A model generated the notes under the pieces. The model had not been told where the DNA came from, did no database searches, and was given only the letters and a program-made list of their open reading frames with translations. A DNA stretch of 63,979 nucleotides, filler included, from an uncultured bacterium (GTDB taxonomy: Bacteria; Latescibacterota; UBA2968): assembly GCA_964471275.1 (NCBI GenBank). It is 3 parts of 3 records of this genome, joined end to end, with 100 filler letters (N's around TTAATTAATTAA, not from the genome) between each part and the next. Parts side by side here need not be neighbours in the genome. Positions count along the whole stretch, not along the records: positions 27,974 to 55,800 come from CAYYGZ010000030.1; 2 more parts are not named here. One strand, given 5' to 3'. The position numbers and the translations under genes were made by a program. Every line of letters begins with the position of its first letter. The first letter of the stretch is position 1. Below, piece by piece: positions 27,974-38,690 of the stretch.

Positions 27974-28327
27974 TGCCAGGCTTGGTGCGGACGACGACGG
28001 AGACGCCTGATCGCAGGGCCAGGATCACCCGCAAGTTGCTCGAGATCGGGCACACGCTTCTGAAGACGCTCTTCCTGCGCATCGGGCTTACCGGTCGGAC
28101 GTCCCATTCCCTGACGAAGAAGATCGAGAGCCCGATCCTTCAATTTGTACGCATACGTCGGACTTATGTCCCACTTACGGCATATCTCTGAATGCGACAG
28201 CATTCCTGAAACGAACTCTACCGCTATTTCATACTTCTGTTCTTCAGTGAACTTCGGATCTCCTGCCAAGAACACACCCTTATGATTACAACACTATAGG
28301 AGGTCTCACCCATTCAGGGGGCCAATA
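27974..28327 (-). mobile_element. IS3-family-like element fragment (left end plus OrfA HTH), at the contig edge
   Basis: KFTEEQKYEIAVEFVSG..SHSEICRKWDISPT..YKLK HTH then coiled coil EERLQKRV..LEQL; possible terminus TATTGGCCCCCTGAA just upstream. Confidence 0.6.
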
Positions 28328-28347
28328 TGCCCCCACGCCCTGCCCCT

Positions 28348-29769
28348 TCACCCCGTCTCCCTCAACGTCTGCGCCACGAGCAGCCCGGCGACCGGAAAGA
28401 CAGCCAACAGAACGAATGTCTCCTGATAAGCCATCACCTCGCCAAACCCAGCATCCAGATAATGCTGAAGCATCACGCCGCTCAGCGACGTGCCAATCAC
28501 CGCCCCGACAAACCGCAGCATACTGTACACCCCCGCAGCCGCCCCCCTGTACTCTTCCTCGATCGTCCCCATCACATACCGGTGGAGAGAGGCGAGCATC
28601 AGACCCGCACCGATCCCGTGCAGGGCCAGGCTCAGCCCCACAGCGAGAAGCGACGTCTCGTCCGAAAGGGTCCAGAAAATCACCATCACCGAGATCTGGA
28701 TCAGGAGCCCAGCGGAAGCGGGTGCCCGTGTTCCCCAGCGATCCGCAAGCCCACCCCCAAACCGGGTCACAAGCGCCATCGTCCCGGAGTTCAGGACTAG
28801 CATTGCACCCAGCTGCGCAGGTTCCAGATGATGGATATCCACCAGATACAGAGGAATCAAGAACGAAAGCCCGCCCATCGCCATCATCCGAGTCGCCGCA
28901 CAGAATGACGACAAGACGAACCGCACGTTGGTGATAATGTGAGTGGAGACAAAGGGATTGTCGCGACCACGCTCCCACATGTAGAACGCCACGAGCGAAA
29001 TCAGTGAAATGACGATTAGCCGCCAGTCCCGCATCGGTTCGGTCCCCGTGATGGCTCGGCTGGACAGGAAGAACACGAATGTCGCCAGACCGCACGACAG
29101 CAGGACAAACCCGATCCAATCGAAAGCCTTGATATAGTCACGTGTTGTACCCGGCGTTTGAGCGCGTGAGGGAACGCGTTTCCAGATCACAAGAAACGCA
29201 GCGACACTCACCAGCAACGGCGTGCCATAGACCGGGCGCCATCCCCACGCGGCCGCGACAAAACCGGCAATGAACGGCCCGACGAATCCTGTCGAAGGAC
29301 CGATCGTACTCCAGGTCCCCAGAGCCTTACCGCGCTCTCGCTCGTCAAAGAGCGTTGAGATGAGCGCCATACCCAGCGGCATCATGCCGGCGACACCGAG
29401 ACCGAGGATCGCATTGCCGAACATCACCGAACCGACGGTCGTCGAGGACATCATCAGTGTCGTGCCCGACGCGAATACCACGATACCCACCAGAATCAGC
29501 CGACGCGGATCAACGCCATCGCTCATTCGCCCATACACAGGCATCAGTAGCATAAAGGGGAGAATAAATGCCGCCGATACCCAAGCAGTGACATCTGCCT
29601 GAAGCTGGAACTCGTCTCGAATGATCGGAAGGGCAACGCGCGACATCGTCGAGATCATCGGCATCAGCATCGATGGAAACATCAGGCTGAACATGATCCG
29701 ACGGGCCTCCTGGAGCGGAACACCTGTCGTCTGACTGTCTACCGCGGGGGCTACGTCATCATTACACAA
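28348..29769 (-). CDS. MFS transporter (DHA2-like, 14 TM)
   Basis: GRMSDGVDPRR, ERGKALGTW, FDWIG, GGLADRWG motifs; many TM segments. Confidence 0.9.
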   Translation of the reverse strand: MCNDDVAPAVDSQTTGVPLQEARRIMFSLMFPSMLMPMISTMSRVALPIIRDEFQLQADVTAWVSAAFILPFMLLMPVYGRMSDGVDPRRLILVGIVVFASGTTLMMSSTTVGSVMFGNAILGLGVAGMMPLGMALISTLFDERERGKALGTWSTIGPSTGFVGPFIAGFVAAAWGWRPVYGTPLLVSVAAFLVIWKRVPSRAQTPGTTRDYIKAFDWIGFVLLSCGLATFVFFLSSRAITGTEPMRDWRLIVISLISLVAFYMWERGRDNPFVSTHIITNVRFVLSSFCAATRMMAMGGLSFLIPLYLVDIHHLEPAQLGAMLVLNSGTMALVTRFGGGLADRWGTRAPASAGLLIQISVMVIFWTLSDETSLLAVGLSLALHGIGAGLMLASLHRYVMGTIEEEYRGAAAGVYSMLRFVGAVIGTSLSGVMLQHYLDAGFGEVMAYQETFVLLAVFPVAGLLVAQTLRETG

Positions 29770-29826
29770 ATAGTTTCTCGTTTCTCAATCCTCGATATTG
29801 GCCTTTGCCTCTAGATCCTCAATCCC

Positions 29827-30771
29827 CTACCGCTCCTTCGTGTACACATACGGTCTCTGCCCCCACGGCATCGGGCGCCCGCGCGCAATCACCATCAGCT
29901 CATACCAGTCATCACGATCGAGTTCCTTCCCGACAGCGTCGACCGCTTCGGCGATGTGATCCGCATTCGCCGTACCCACCAGCGGAATCACGCCGCCCGG
30001 CAGCTGCATCAGCCAGACCATCGCCACCTGGCTCATCGACCATCCGTATTGCTCAGCGAAGGCCTTCACCTGCACTGCCACACCTACTTCACGCTGAGCC
30101 TGCCAATCGTCGTGTGCAACGGGTTTGCCGGCGAGCACGCCTCGATGGTTCGGACTCCAGCACAGCACGTTCATCCACTTTTCCAGACAAACCGCCGCCA
30201 ATCCTGTCTCGATCGGTTCCAGATGCAGCAGGCTGAACTGTGTCTGCAGCGCTTCCAGCCGCACGTATTCCGACAGCATCCGAATCTCGTCTGCCGTGTA
30301 GTTGCTCACGCCGACGTGACGCACTTTCCCCTCGGTCTTCAGTTCATTGAACGCTCTGGCCGTCTCCTCCGGATGCGTCAGATAATCGATCCGATGTGGC
30401 TGGAACAGATCGATGTAATCGGTATCCAGACGCTTCAGCGACTTCTCGACGCTGGTCTTGATATAAGCTGACGACAGATCGTATGCCTTGTGATCGTAGT
30501 CCGGGACCATCCCCGGGAACACGATCCCACACTTCGACGCAATCACCACATCCTCACGCGCAATTCCTGCCGCCTTGAGCGCCGCCCCAAGCACCTCCTC
30601 CGATTCACCACTCGTATACACGTCGGCCGTGTCGTAGAACGTAATCCCCAGCTCATACGCCCGCTTCACCGTCTCCACACTCTCCGCCTCATTCCCGTGT
30701 GTCAGGCTCATACACCCCAGCGCAATCGCCGACACCTGCTGCCCTGTCGTACCCAGCTCTCGCGTCTTCAT
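29827..30771 (-). CDS. Aldo/keto reductase (YdhF-like)
   Basis: GITFYDTADVY, SKCGI, SLKRLDTDYIDLF..HR, GKVRHVGVSN. Confidence 0.92.
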   Translation of the reverse strand: MKTRELGTTGQQVSAIALGCMSLTHGNEAESVETVKRAYELGITFYDTADVYTSGESEEVLGAALKAAGIAREDVVIASKCGIVFPGMVPDYDHKAYDLSSAYIKTSVEKSLKRLDTDYIDLFQPHRIDYLTHPEETARAFNELKTEGKVRHVGVSNYTADEIRMLSEYVRLEALQTQFSLLHLEPIETGLAAVCLEKWMNVLCWSPNHRGVLAGKPVAHDDWQAQREVGVAVQVKAFAEQYGWSMSQVAMVWLMQLPGGVIPLVGTANADHIAEAVDAVGKELDRDDWYELMVIARGRPMPWGQRPYVYTKER

Positions 30772-31028
30772 ATCACTCCCATCTCCGTACGAACACTCGG
30801 TTTACTCCTCTCCCGTTGCAAGGGAGAGGACGAGTCGCTGTGCGACTCCGGTGAGGGCCCACAGGCACGGCACTCCGCCCGTGCCCTTCCACCCCGTCAG
30901 CATCATTCTCTGGCTACTGGGCACCTGTCATCTATCAATGTCTACCCCCCTAAGCTACCTAACAATCGCACTTCGGAACTCGTAGCGCCACCGCTTCACG
31001 CCCTCAAACACAAGTAGCCTGCATACGA

Positions 31029-31062
31029 GAGCGCCCTCAGCCATTCCTGACCGAGGGCGCTC
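31029..31062. terminator. Hairpin downstream of pckA
   Basis: Inverted repeat GAGCGCCCTC...GAGGGCGCTC. Confidence 0.6.
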
Positions 31063-31113
31063 CTTTCCCGACTTGTCCATTTGCCAACCTGCCAAAGGGC
31101 CTGTTCCTTCACC

Positions 31114-32697
31114 CTAACCCTTTGGCCCCGCTCCCCTCACCGCCTCATCCGCCTCGTCCTCAAACTGTTTGAAATTATCGATGAACAGATCTGCCAGGCC
31201 TTTTGCCGCCTTGTCGAACTCACCCCGATCGGGCCAGGTCGACCACGGGATCAGAACCGAATCCGGGACGTCAGCGCATTCGGTGACGATCTCGATCCCA
31301 AAAACCGGGTCCGTCTCCGTCCTCGCGTCGATCAGACTGCCGTTGTGGATCGCATCGATGATCGCTCGAGTATAGGCCAGCTTGATCCGCGCACCGACCC
31401 CTTCGGGGCCGCCATTCCAGCCGGTGTTCACAAGCCAGACGTTCGAGCCTTGCGCTTCGATACGCTCAGCAAGCAGCTTTGCATACTTGTGCGGATGCCA
31501 GACCAGGAACGGACCGCCGAAGCAGGGCGAGAAGGTTGCCTCTGGTTCGGTCACACCCACCTCGGTCCCAGCCACCTTGGCCGTGTAACCACTGATGAAA
31601 TGATACATCGCCTGCTCGGGTGTCAGTTTCGACACGGAAGGAAGGACACCAAAAGCGTCACAGGTCAGGAAGATGACATCGGAAGGCTGACCGGCGATGG
31701 CCGGAATTTTGGCGTTTGTCACATACTCCAGCGGGTAGGCACCCCGTGTATTCTCGGTAATCGAATCATCGGTGAAGTCGACGTGCCGTTCGTCGTCTGC
31801 AACGACGTTTTCGAGGATCGATCCGTAGCGCAATGCCTGGCAGATCTCCGGTTCCATCTCCGGACCCAGGTTGATCGCTTTGGCGTAGCACCCTCCCTCG
31901 ATGTTGAAAATCCCGCTATCGGTCCAGACGTGCTCATCATCACCGATCAGGCGTCGCTTTGGATCGGCAGACAGGGTCGTCTTGCCCGTTCCTGAGAGCC
32001 CGAAGAGCAGAGAACTCCGATCACTGCCCATCTCAGCCGTCGCCGAGCAGTGCATTGACAGCATATTGTTCTTGGGCATCAGGTAATTCACGAGCGTGAA
32101 GACGCCCTTCTTCATCTCACCGGCGTATTCCGTTCCCAGGATCACCATCTCGCGATCCTCGATATCCAGATTGACGCTGGTCTTCGACGTCATTCCCTCC
32201 GTCAGCCGGTTCGCCGGGAACTGACCGGCGTTATAGATCACGTAGTCAGGTTCGCCAAAATTCTCCAGATCCTCCGGAGACGGATTGATCAGCATCGTCG
32301 AGATGAACATCGCGTGATAGGGACGGGCGCAGATTATCCGGATCTTGATCCGGTTCGCCGGGTCCCAACCCGCAAAAGCGTCCACGCAATACACGCGATC
32401 TCGCGTATTCAGATAATCTCGGGCGCGTTCACGATTGATCTGAAAGCTGTGTTCATCCAGAGGAAGGTTGATGGAACCCCACCAGATGTCCGCCTCGGAT
32501 TCGGGGTTCTTGACGATCCGCTTGTCCATCGGAGACCGTCCGGTCTTTTCGCCGGACAAAGCGATCAATGCTCCGGACTCGGCGATCGAGCAGCGAGAAT
32601 CAAAGCGGACTGCCTCCTCATATAGAACCGCGGTAGGCAGATTCCGGGAAACATTCTGAACAAAAATGCCGTGCGATTCGAGGTTGAATTCACTCAC
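31114..32697 (-). CDS. pckA: Phosphoenolpyruvate carboxykinase (ATP)
   Basis: KTGRSP, YAGEMKK, FGLSGTGKTTLSAD, IGDDEH, FNIEGGCYAK, ENTRGAYP, LVNTGW. Confidence 0.97.
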   Translation of the reverse strand: MSEFNLESHGIFVQNVSRNLPTAVLYEEAVRFDSRCSIAESGALIALSGEKTGRSPMDKRIVKNPESEADIWWGSINLPLDEHSFQINRERARDYLNTRDRVYCVDAFAGWDPANRIKIRIICARPYHAMFISTMLINPSPEDLENFGEPDYVIYNAGQFPANRLTEGMTSKTSVNLDIEDREMVILGTEYAGEMKKGVFTLVNYLMPKNNMLSMHCSATAEMGSDRSSLLFGLSGTGKTTLSADPKRRLIGDDEHVWTDSGIFNIEGGCYAKAINLGPEMEPEICQALRYGSILENVVADDERHVDFTDDSITENTRGAYPLEYVTNAKIPAIAGQPSDVIFLTCDAFGVLPSVSKLTPEQAMYHFISGYTAKVAGTEVGVTEPEATFSPCFGGPFLVWHPHKYAKLLAERIEAQGSNVWLVNTGWNGGPEGVGARIKLAYTRAIIDAIHNGSLIDARTETDPVFGIEIVTECADVPDSVLIPWSTWPDRGEFDKAAKGLADLFIDNFKQFEDEADEAVRGAGPKG

Positions 32698-33036
32698 GAG
32701 TGTGGCTCCTGCTGTATGTGTCTGTATGGCTATGATTGGGTAATCTATAGCAGAAAAAGGGTCCGGTCATTTGTTCGCAACCCCTAAATACTAGGCCGGT
32801 GGCCAAACATCGACAAGTCCAGGCTGTGGTTGTTTACCGAGACGTTGCGGGCGCATCGTTCAGCCAAGCCGCGGGGGCCCAAACAGGAGCCGTACAGAGA
32901 TCGAACGCGCGCTTGACATACGATGCTTCCGGTGAAATGATTGAGGGATCGCGGATGCAGACTCGACACCTTCCGCCGACTGAAAGAAGGCTCTTGGCGC
33001 GATCGCGTTCTCACGATAATCGAATCCTGGAAGACC

Positions 33037-34374
33037 GTGCCCAATCGACTATCACTCACAGACGCGGTAGCGAGAATCCAGCAGGGAACCCTTGATCCTG
33101 CCGATCTCGCAGATGCCTGTCTGACCCGGATCAAAACGGTCGATGACAGGCTTCTGGCCTGGGCTGCCCTCGAACCGGAACGAACGCGCGAAGAAGCAGA
33201 CGTCCTGTCTCGAGAGGCAAGGTCGGGATCCTTTCGCGGGCCGCTTCACGGGATTCCCGTCGGCGTCAAGGATATCATCTTCACGAGTAATTTCCCGACA
33301 CGCGGCGGGTCGGCCTTCCTCGAGAACCACATTCCCGAGTACGACGCAACCGTAGTCCAGCGTCTGAAGGAGGCCGGAGCGATCGTCCTTGGGAAGACTG
33401 TCACAACCGAATTCGCCGGGTTCGATCCCGCCGAAACACGGAACCCCTGGAACACGGAACACACACCGGGGGGGTCGAGCAGTGGGTCAGCCGCATCCGT
33501 GGCAGCCTGTATGGTTCCGGCAGCGCTCGGATCGCAAACAGGAGGATCGATCAGTCGGCCTGCAGCCTACTGCGGCGTTGTCGGCTTTAAACCGACGCAC
33601 GGCCGGATCAGCCTCAGGGGTGTGCTTGAACTCGCTTACAGCCTCGATCATATCGGTCCGCTGACAAGAACCGTGGCAGATGCCGCCCTGGTCTCTCGGA
33701 TCATCGCGGGCCACGATCCGAGAGACCCTTACAGTTCTGACACCCCGGTCGATCTCACGCTGACGACACGCACATCCCCGCCGACAATCGGTCGGGTTCA
33801 CGCCCTGTTTGCCGAAGGCACAGAGGAAGGAACACGAGATATTACGCTTGAAGCGGTCTCCAGGCTCGAACAGGCTGGAGCGCGGACGCCCGCCGTACGG
33901 CTCCCCAAGAGCTTCAAAGAGGTGCAAGCCATGCACCGGATCATTATGCACGCTGAGGGATCCGCATACCACGAGGACAGATTCAGCCGGAAACCCAAGC
34001 AATTCAGACCCAAGATCCGAAGGATGATCGAGGAAGGACTTTTGCTGCCTGCTGCTGCCTATGTCAAAGCCAAGAAGCATCAGAACATTTTCAGACGTGA
34101 TATCCAATGTGCGTTCAGGGATGTCGACGTCATCGTAACCCCCGCCACGCCTGCGCCTGCGCCCCGTGGCCTGGAGTCGACGGGTGATCCCCTCTTCAAC
34201 TCCCCCTGGAGTTACGCCGGTCTGCCCACCGTCATCATTCCCGTCGGCTTGTCTGCCGACGGCCTGCCGGTTGCGATCCAGCTGATCGGCAGGGCTTGGG
34301 ATGAATCGACTCTCCTGGGCGCCGCCGCGTGGTGCGAGTCCGTGATCGGCTTCTCTGCCGTACCCGATCTGTAG
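33037..34374 (+). CDS. Amidase signature family protein
   Basis: GPLHGIPVGVKD, TPGGSSSGSAA, GSQTGGSISRPAAYCG, GLPVAIQLIG; likely GTG start at 33037. Confidence 0.92.
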   Translation: MPNRLSLTDAVARIQQGTLDPADLADACLTRIKTVDDRLLAWAALEPERTREEADVLSREARSGSFRGPLHGIPVGVKDIIFTSNFPTRGGSAFLENHIPEYDATVVQRLKEAGAIVLGKTVTTEFAGFDPAETRNPWNTEHTPGGSSSGSAASVAACMVPAALGSQTGGSISRPAAYCGVVGFKPTHGRISLRGVLELAYSLDHIGPLTRTVADAALVSRIIAGHDPRDPYSSDTPVDLTLTTRTSPPTIGRVHALFAEGTEEGTRDITLEAVSRLEQAGARTPAVRLPKSFKEVQAMHRIIMHAEGSAYHEDRFSRKPKQFRPKIRRMIEEGLLLPAAAYVKAKKHQNIFRRDIQCAFRDVDVIVTPATPAPAPRGLESTGDPLFNSPWSYAGLPTVIIPVGLSADGLPVAIQLIGRAWDESTLLGAAAWCESVIGFSAVPDL

Positions 34375-34491
34375 ATGCGACCTGCTTCACCCCATCGCAC
34401 GTCCCGCCCCCGCGCGTGTCCTCACATTCCCGGTCGGACGATCCCTGGACACTCCCCTCTGCATTCGACATTCGATGTTCGTTATTCGACA

Positions 34492-35700
34492 TTGCCCTTC
34501 AGATTTCCACGCTTCCGGTTCATCATCCTGATCCTCCTTCTGCTTCCTCAGAACGTCACCGCTCAGCCCAGCTGGGAACCTGCCATCCATCGCATCATCC
34601 ACCTCAGCCTCGACGAGAACTTCGCCACCGCTCACATTCTCGCCGACTCACTCCTGGACGCTCACCCCGACCGTCCGGAACCCTTGTTCTACAAAGCGAC
34701 TGTCCTCTGGAGACAGGGGATGAACGTGCGCGACGGTGGCAAATATGACCCGGAGATCCTCTCCTACCTGGGCCGCACGATCGAGACTACGGAGCGACGG
34801 ATCAAACACGACGGCGAATCAGCGGAGATGTTCCTCTGGCTGGGAAACGCCTATGGTCTGCGGACCGGGCTTCGCATGCTGAGAAAGGAAGTGTTCAAAG
34901 GCGTCAGCGACGGTGTAGAAGGCCGCCAGTTTCTGGATGAAGCGATCGCTATGGATCCGGACCTTGTCGATGCAAACTTCGGCATCGGGCTCTCAGACTA
35001 CATTCTTTCCCGAAATCCCAGCATCCTGCGCGCCGTTCAGCGTCTGTTCAATCTTCCGTCAGGCGATCGGCGAGGCGGCCTCCGAAGACTCGATGAGGCC
35101 ATCGTCAACGGTCGCTACAACCGCACGGACGCACTTTCGGCTCGCGCATATCTCGACCTGTACTACGAGATGGATGCGCACGGTGCTGAAGCCAGGCTGC
35201 GCGAACTGCTGAAGCGGTACCCGAACAGTCTGGATTACCGAATCCGGTATGTGGACGCGATGCTGCGTCTGCAGATGGAACACGGCGACAACCTCGCTCA
35301 AGCCATGCTGGATTCGACGGCATCCATCCATCGCATTGCATTCAATCGGAAATGGCAGCTATTCCGGTGGCGGATCTCGAAACTGAACTTCATCCAGGGC
35401 ATGGCACACTTCCTCCTGAGCGACACGACACACGCTAGGCCACTCCTGCAGGCCACCGCCAACCGGACGCGTGACAAGAAGAACTGGCTCGTCGGTCCCG
35501 CGGAGCTAGCCCTCGGCAAGATCGCGGATCTCAGCGGAGATCGCGATGCTGCAAGGAACCACTACCACCGGGTTGAGCGACGTGATAACGTCTGGGGGTC
35601 TCACGACGAAGCCCGCCGCTACCAGATCAGACCGTATGACGGCACAGAGCCGGAACGCCGTCCCATCGACGACGATATCCGTTATCCCGGCCGCCCCTAA
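34492..35700 (+). CDS. Secreted TPR-like repeat protein (start uncertain)
   Basis: Signal-like FRFIILILLLLPQNVTA; TPR-like segments (LGNAYG, AIAMDPDLVDANFGIG, LLKRYPNS, LALGKIAD). Confidence 0.7.
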   Translation: MPFRFPRFRFIILILLLLPQNVTAQPSWEPAIHRIIHLSLDENFATAHILADSLLDAHPDRPEPLFYKATVLWRQGMNVRDGGKYDPEILSYLGRTIETTERRIKHDGESAEMFLWLGNAYGLRTGLRMLRKEVFKGVSDGVEGRQFLDEAIAMDPDLVDANFGIGLSDYILSRNPSILRAVQRLFNLPSGDRRGGLRRLDEAIVNGRYNRTDALSARAYLDLYYEMDAHGAEARLRELLKRYPNSLDYRIRYVDAMLRLQMEHGDNLAQAMLDSTASIHRIAFNRKWQLFRWRISKLNFIQGMAHFLLSDTTHARPLLQATANRTRDKKNWLVGPAELALGKIADLSGDRDAARNHYHRVERRDNVWGSHDEARRYQIRPYDGTEPERRPIDDDIRYPGRP

Positions 35701-35917
35701 CCAGGACAGTCCACTGAACCGACCCTCGTCATTCCGCCAAAGCGGTCTGTACGCACAGACCTTTCGGCCGAAAGCCACATCCATCGTCGGTAACAGGACC
35801 GACGTCTCGACTCGCGTAGCTTCAGCGTAGCGTGGAATGTCCTTCGCTGCATTTGGCCCGAGTGGAAGGTTGCCTAGTGAACGTCCCGAGACAACCTGCA
35901 GAGACGCCAGGCTGCTA

Positions 35918-37447
35918 ATGCCCACCGACCCCATACCGGCCCTTGTCACCACCGGGTTGACGAAGCGTTACGTCAGCGATGATCAAATCGTTGTCGCCAA
36001 CGACAGAATAGACCTCACCGTCGCCCCCGGTTCGCTTCATGCGATTGTTGGCGAGAACGGCGCCGGTAAATCAACATTCGCACACATCGTTTCAGGCCGG
36101 GTCGCACCGGACAGCGGCCAGGTCGACGTCTTCGGCTCCCTGCTGCCGCTCGCAAACCCGGGCGCGTCGAGATCCGCCGGGATCGGTCTTGTGGCCCAAT
36201 ATTTCACGCTTGTAGACACACTCACGGTCTGGGAGAACGTCGTCCTCGGCGAGGAGCCAGGATCTGCCGGATGGATCGATAGAGATCTCGCCAGAGAGAC
36301 CGTGAACACGCTGTCGGCCGCACTGGACCTGCGGGTATCACCTGACGCGCTGGTCGGGACACTCCCGCTTCCGACACGCCGGGGCGTGGAGATCATCAAG
36401 GCCCTCCGTGAGAATGCCCGTATCCTGATCCTGGACGAACCCACATCGGTGCTTGGCCCTAAAGAATCCATCGGACTGTTCGATCGGATCGCTGCCCTAA
36501 GGGAAACCGGGACCACGGTGATTCTGGTAACACACCGGATCGCGGAGGTGATCGATCACGCCACAGATGTCACCGTCCTGCGTGATGGTTCGGTTATCTC
36601 GACCTCCGCCCGAAGGGATTTCGATCAGACGCGTATCATCGAAGACATTATCGGACGGTCCGCTCCCGTGCACGCAGAGCGTCTTGAGCAGATGACATCG
36701 GAGGACAGCGCACTCTCACTCCGGAATGTGCGTGAGGCAGAAGGAGGGCGGGTTCTGCTCAATGACGCGAGTCTGACGGTCAAGAGGGGAGAGATCGTCG
36801 GGCTGGCGGGCGTTGCCGGGAATGGGCAGACAGAACTCGCCAGAGCGATCGCCGCACCTCGGGACCTGCAGGGCGGCCGAATCCGCTTCGGCGATGAAGA
36901 CGTTACGGTGTGGGATGCCCGAAGGCGGCGCAATGCCGGTCTGGCCTACATACCGGAGGATCGATCCAGAAACGGACTCGTCGGAACATTCACCGTGCGT
37001 GACAACCTGTTCCTGGGGGGCCACAACAGATTCGGGAACACCTGGAACTGGGACCGCCAAGCCACGGAGTCGGCCGCAAATGAGTTGATGACCACCTTCG
37101 ACATACGGGCACCCTCCTGCCTGACGCGGGTTGACAGCCTGTCCGGCGGGAACCAGCAGAAAGTCGTGCTGGCGCGCGAACTGTCTCGAGATCCCTCGGT
37201 GATCGTTGCCGTCTATCCGACACAGGGCCTGGATCTGGGCGCTGCAGATTTTGTGCATCGACAGCTTCGGGAAGCCCGCGCCAGAGGTTGCGGCATCCTC
37301 TACATATCGAACGACCTTGACGAATTACGCGAACTGAGCGATCGAATCGCGGTGATCTACGAGGGAAGCATTGTCGGCGTATGCGACATGGATGACTATG
37401 ACGAACAGACAATCGGCTCGTGGATGACCTCGGGAGACGCAGAGTGA
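35918..37447 (+). CDS. Nucleoside/sugar ABC transporter ATP-binding protein (two ABC domains)
   Basis: GENGAGKST, ILDEPT, GVAGNGQ, YIPEDR, LSGGNQQK, PTQGLD. Confidence 0.93.
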   Translation: MPTDPIPALVTTGLTKRYVSDDQIVVANDRIDLTVAPGSLHAIVGENGAGKSTFAHIVSGRVAPDSGQVDVFGSLLPLANPGASRSAGIGLVAQYFTLVDTLTVWENVVLGEEPGSAGWIDRDLARETVNTLSAALDLRVSPDALVGTLPLPTRRGVEIIKALRENARILILDEPTSVLGPKESIGLFDRIAALRETGTTVILVTHRIAEVIDHATDVTVLRDGSVISTSARRDFDQTRIIEDIIGRSAPVHAERLEQMTSEDSALSLRNVREAEGGRVLLNDASLTVKRGEIVGLAGVAGNGQTELARAIAAPRDLQGGRIRFGDEDVTVWDARRRRNAGLAYIPEDRSRNGLVGTFTVRDNLFLGGHNRFGNTWNWDRQATESAANELMTTFDIRAPSCLTRVDSLSGGNQQKVVLARELSRDPSVIVAVYPTQGLDLGAADFVHRQLREARARGCGILYISNDLDELRELSDRIAVIYEGSIVGVCDMDDYDEQTIGSWMTSGDAE

Positions 37448-38499
37448 ACTGGCGGCGTCTCCTAAAGGGCAGCACGGCAAGGGGTTCGGGTCACGAGATC
37501 GCCGAATCGGTCGGCATTCTTGTCGCCGCGTTGGGAATCGGTCTTTTCATCGTCAGTATCAGCGGAGGAAATCCGATCGAAACCATTCGGGCGCTTGCCT
37601 ACGGCTCGCTCGGGACGCCGGTCAACATCGCGAGCACCTGCATCAAATCTGTTCCCCTCCTGCTCACTGGACTGTCGGTCGCCCTCGCCTTTCGCGCAGG
37701 ACTCTTCAACATCGGCGGTGAGGGGCAACTCTATGCGGGAGCTGTCGGTGCAGCCTGGATCGGTTCAGCGGATCTCGGTCTACCGGCCGCCATCCATCTG
37801 ACTCTGACCGTCAGCACGGCGTGTATGATGGGCGGCATATGGGGAGGCATCGCGGGTTGGTTGAAGGCGAGACGGGGTGTCCACGAAGTCATCAACACCA
37901 TCATGCTCAACTACATCGCCATCTACTCGGTCGACTTCCTCGTCCGCGGCCCACTCAGTGCAGGTAGACACACAACGCGAACACGTGACATCACGGCCGC
38001 TTCACAGCTTCCCATCCTCTGGGAAGCACCTCCCGTCCAGGTCAGCCTTGGAATAATCCTCGCACTTCTGCTCTGTATCGTCGTCTATTGGCTGATGTTC
38101 CGAACGCCCTTCGGGTTCGACTTCCGTGCTGTGGGGCAGAACCCGGACGCCGCCGATTCTGTTGGCATTTCCAGTCGACGCATAACAATTGCCGCCTTGA
38201 TCCTTGCCGGCGCCATCGCCGGATTCGCCGGCTGTCTCGAAATCATCGGGGTACACCACACGCTGTATGCCCAGTTCTCCCCGGGCTACGGCTTTGATGG
38301 CATCGCTGTTGCCCTCCTAGGCCGCAGCCACCCTCTCGCCATCCTGCCTGCCGCACTCCTGTTCGGCGCACTGAGAACGGCGGATCGATGGTTACAGTTG
38401 TCAGCCGGTGTCCCAAAGGATATCGTCATCATCATCCAAGCCATAGCGATCCTCGCCGTCGGTCTGAAAACCGCTAGAAACAAAAGGCAGGCCGCATAG
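37444..38499 (+). CDS. Nucleoside/sugar ABC transporter permease
   Basis: AFRAGLFNIGGEGQ, HEVINTIMLNY, RAVGQNP, GYGFDGIAVALLG; GTGA overlap with the ATPase gene. Confidence 0.92.
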   Translation: MNWRRLLKGSTARGSGHEIAESVGILVAALGIGLFIVSISGGNPIETIRALAYGSLGTPVNIASTCIKSVPLLLTGLSVALAFRAGLFNIGGEGQLYAGAVGAAWIGSADLGLPAAIHLTLTVSTACMMGGIWGGIAGWLKARRGVHEVINTIMLNYIAIYSVDFLVRGPLSAGRHTTRTRDITAASQLPILWEAPPVQVSLGIILALLLCIVVYWLMFRTPFGFDFRAVGQNPDAADSVGISSRRITIAALILAGAIAGFAGCLEIIGVHHTLYAQFSPGYGFDGIAVALLGRSHPLAILPAALLFGALRTADRWLQLSAGVPKDIVIIIQAIAILAVGLKTARNKRQAA

Positions 38500-38690
38500 C
38501 CCCGAAGGGGCGCCCGTCGCTAGTTTGGGGCGGGAGCCTCAGGGCAAACACGGTCGCGAACATTGCGCCGTAATAACGAACGGACATCCATGGGCGCCCA
38601 AACACGAATGACCGATCCCGCATCTCCTTCGACATCGAGAACCGGCGTCGTGTTTGGTTTACCTACACACTGTATCAGGAGAACAGATAG

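Noticed and set aside
33037..34374. gatA assignment for the amidase
   Set aside because: No adjacent gatB or gatC and GatA-specific motifs are lacking; a generic amidase call is safer
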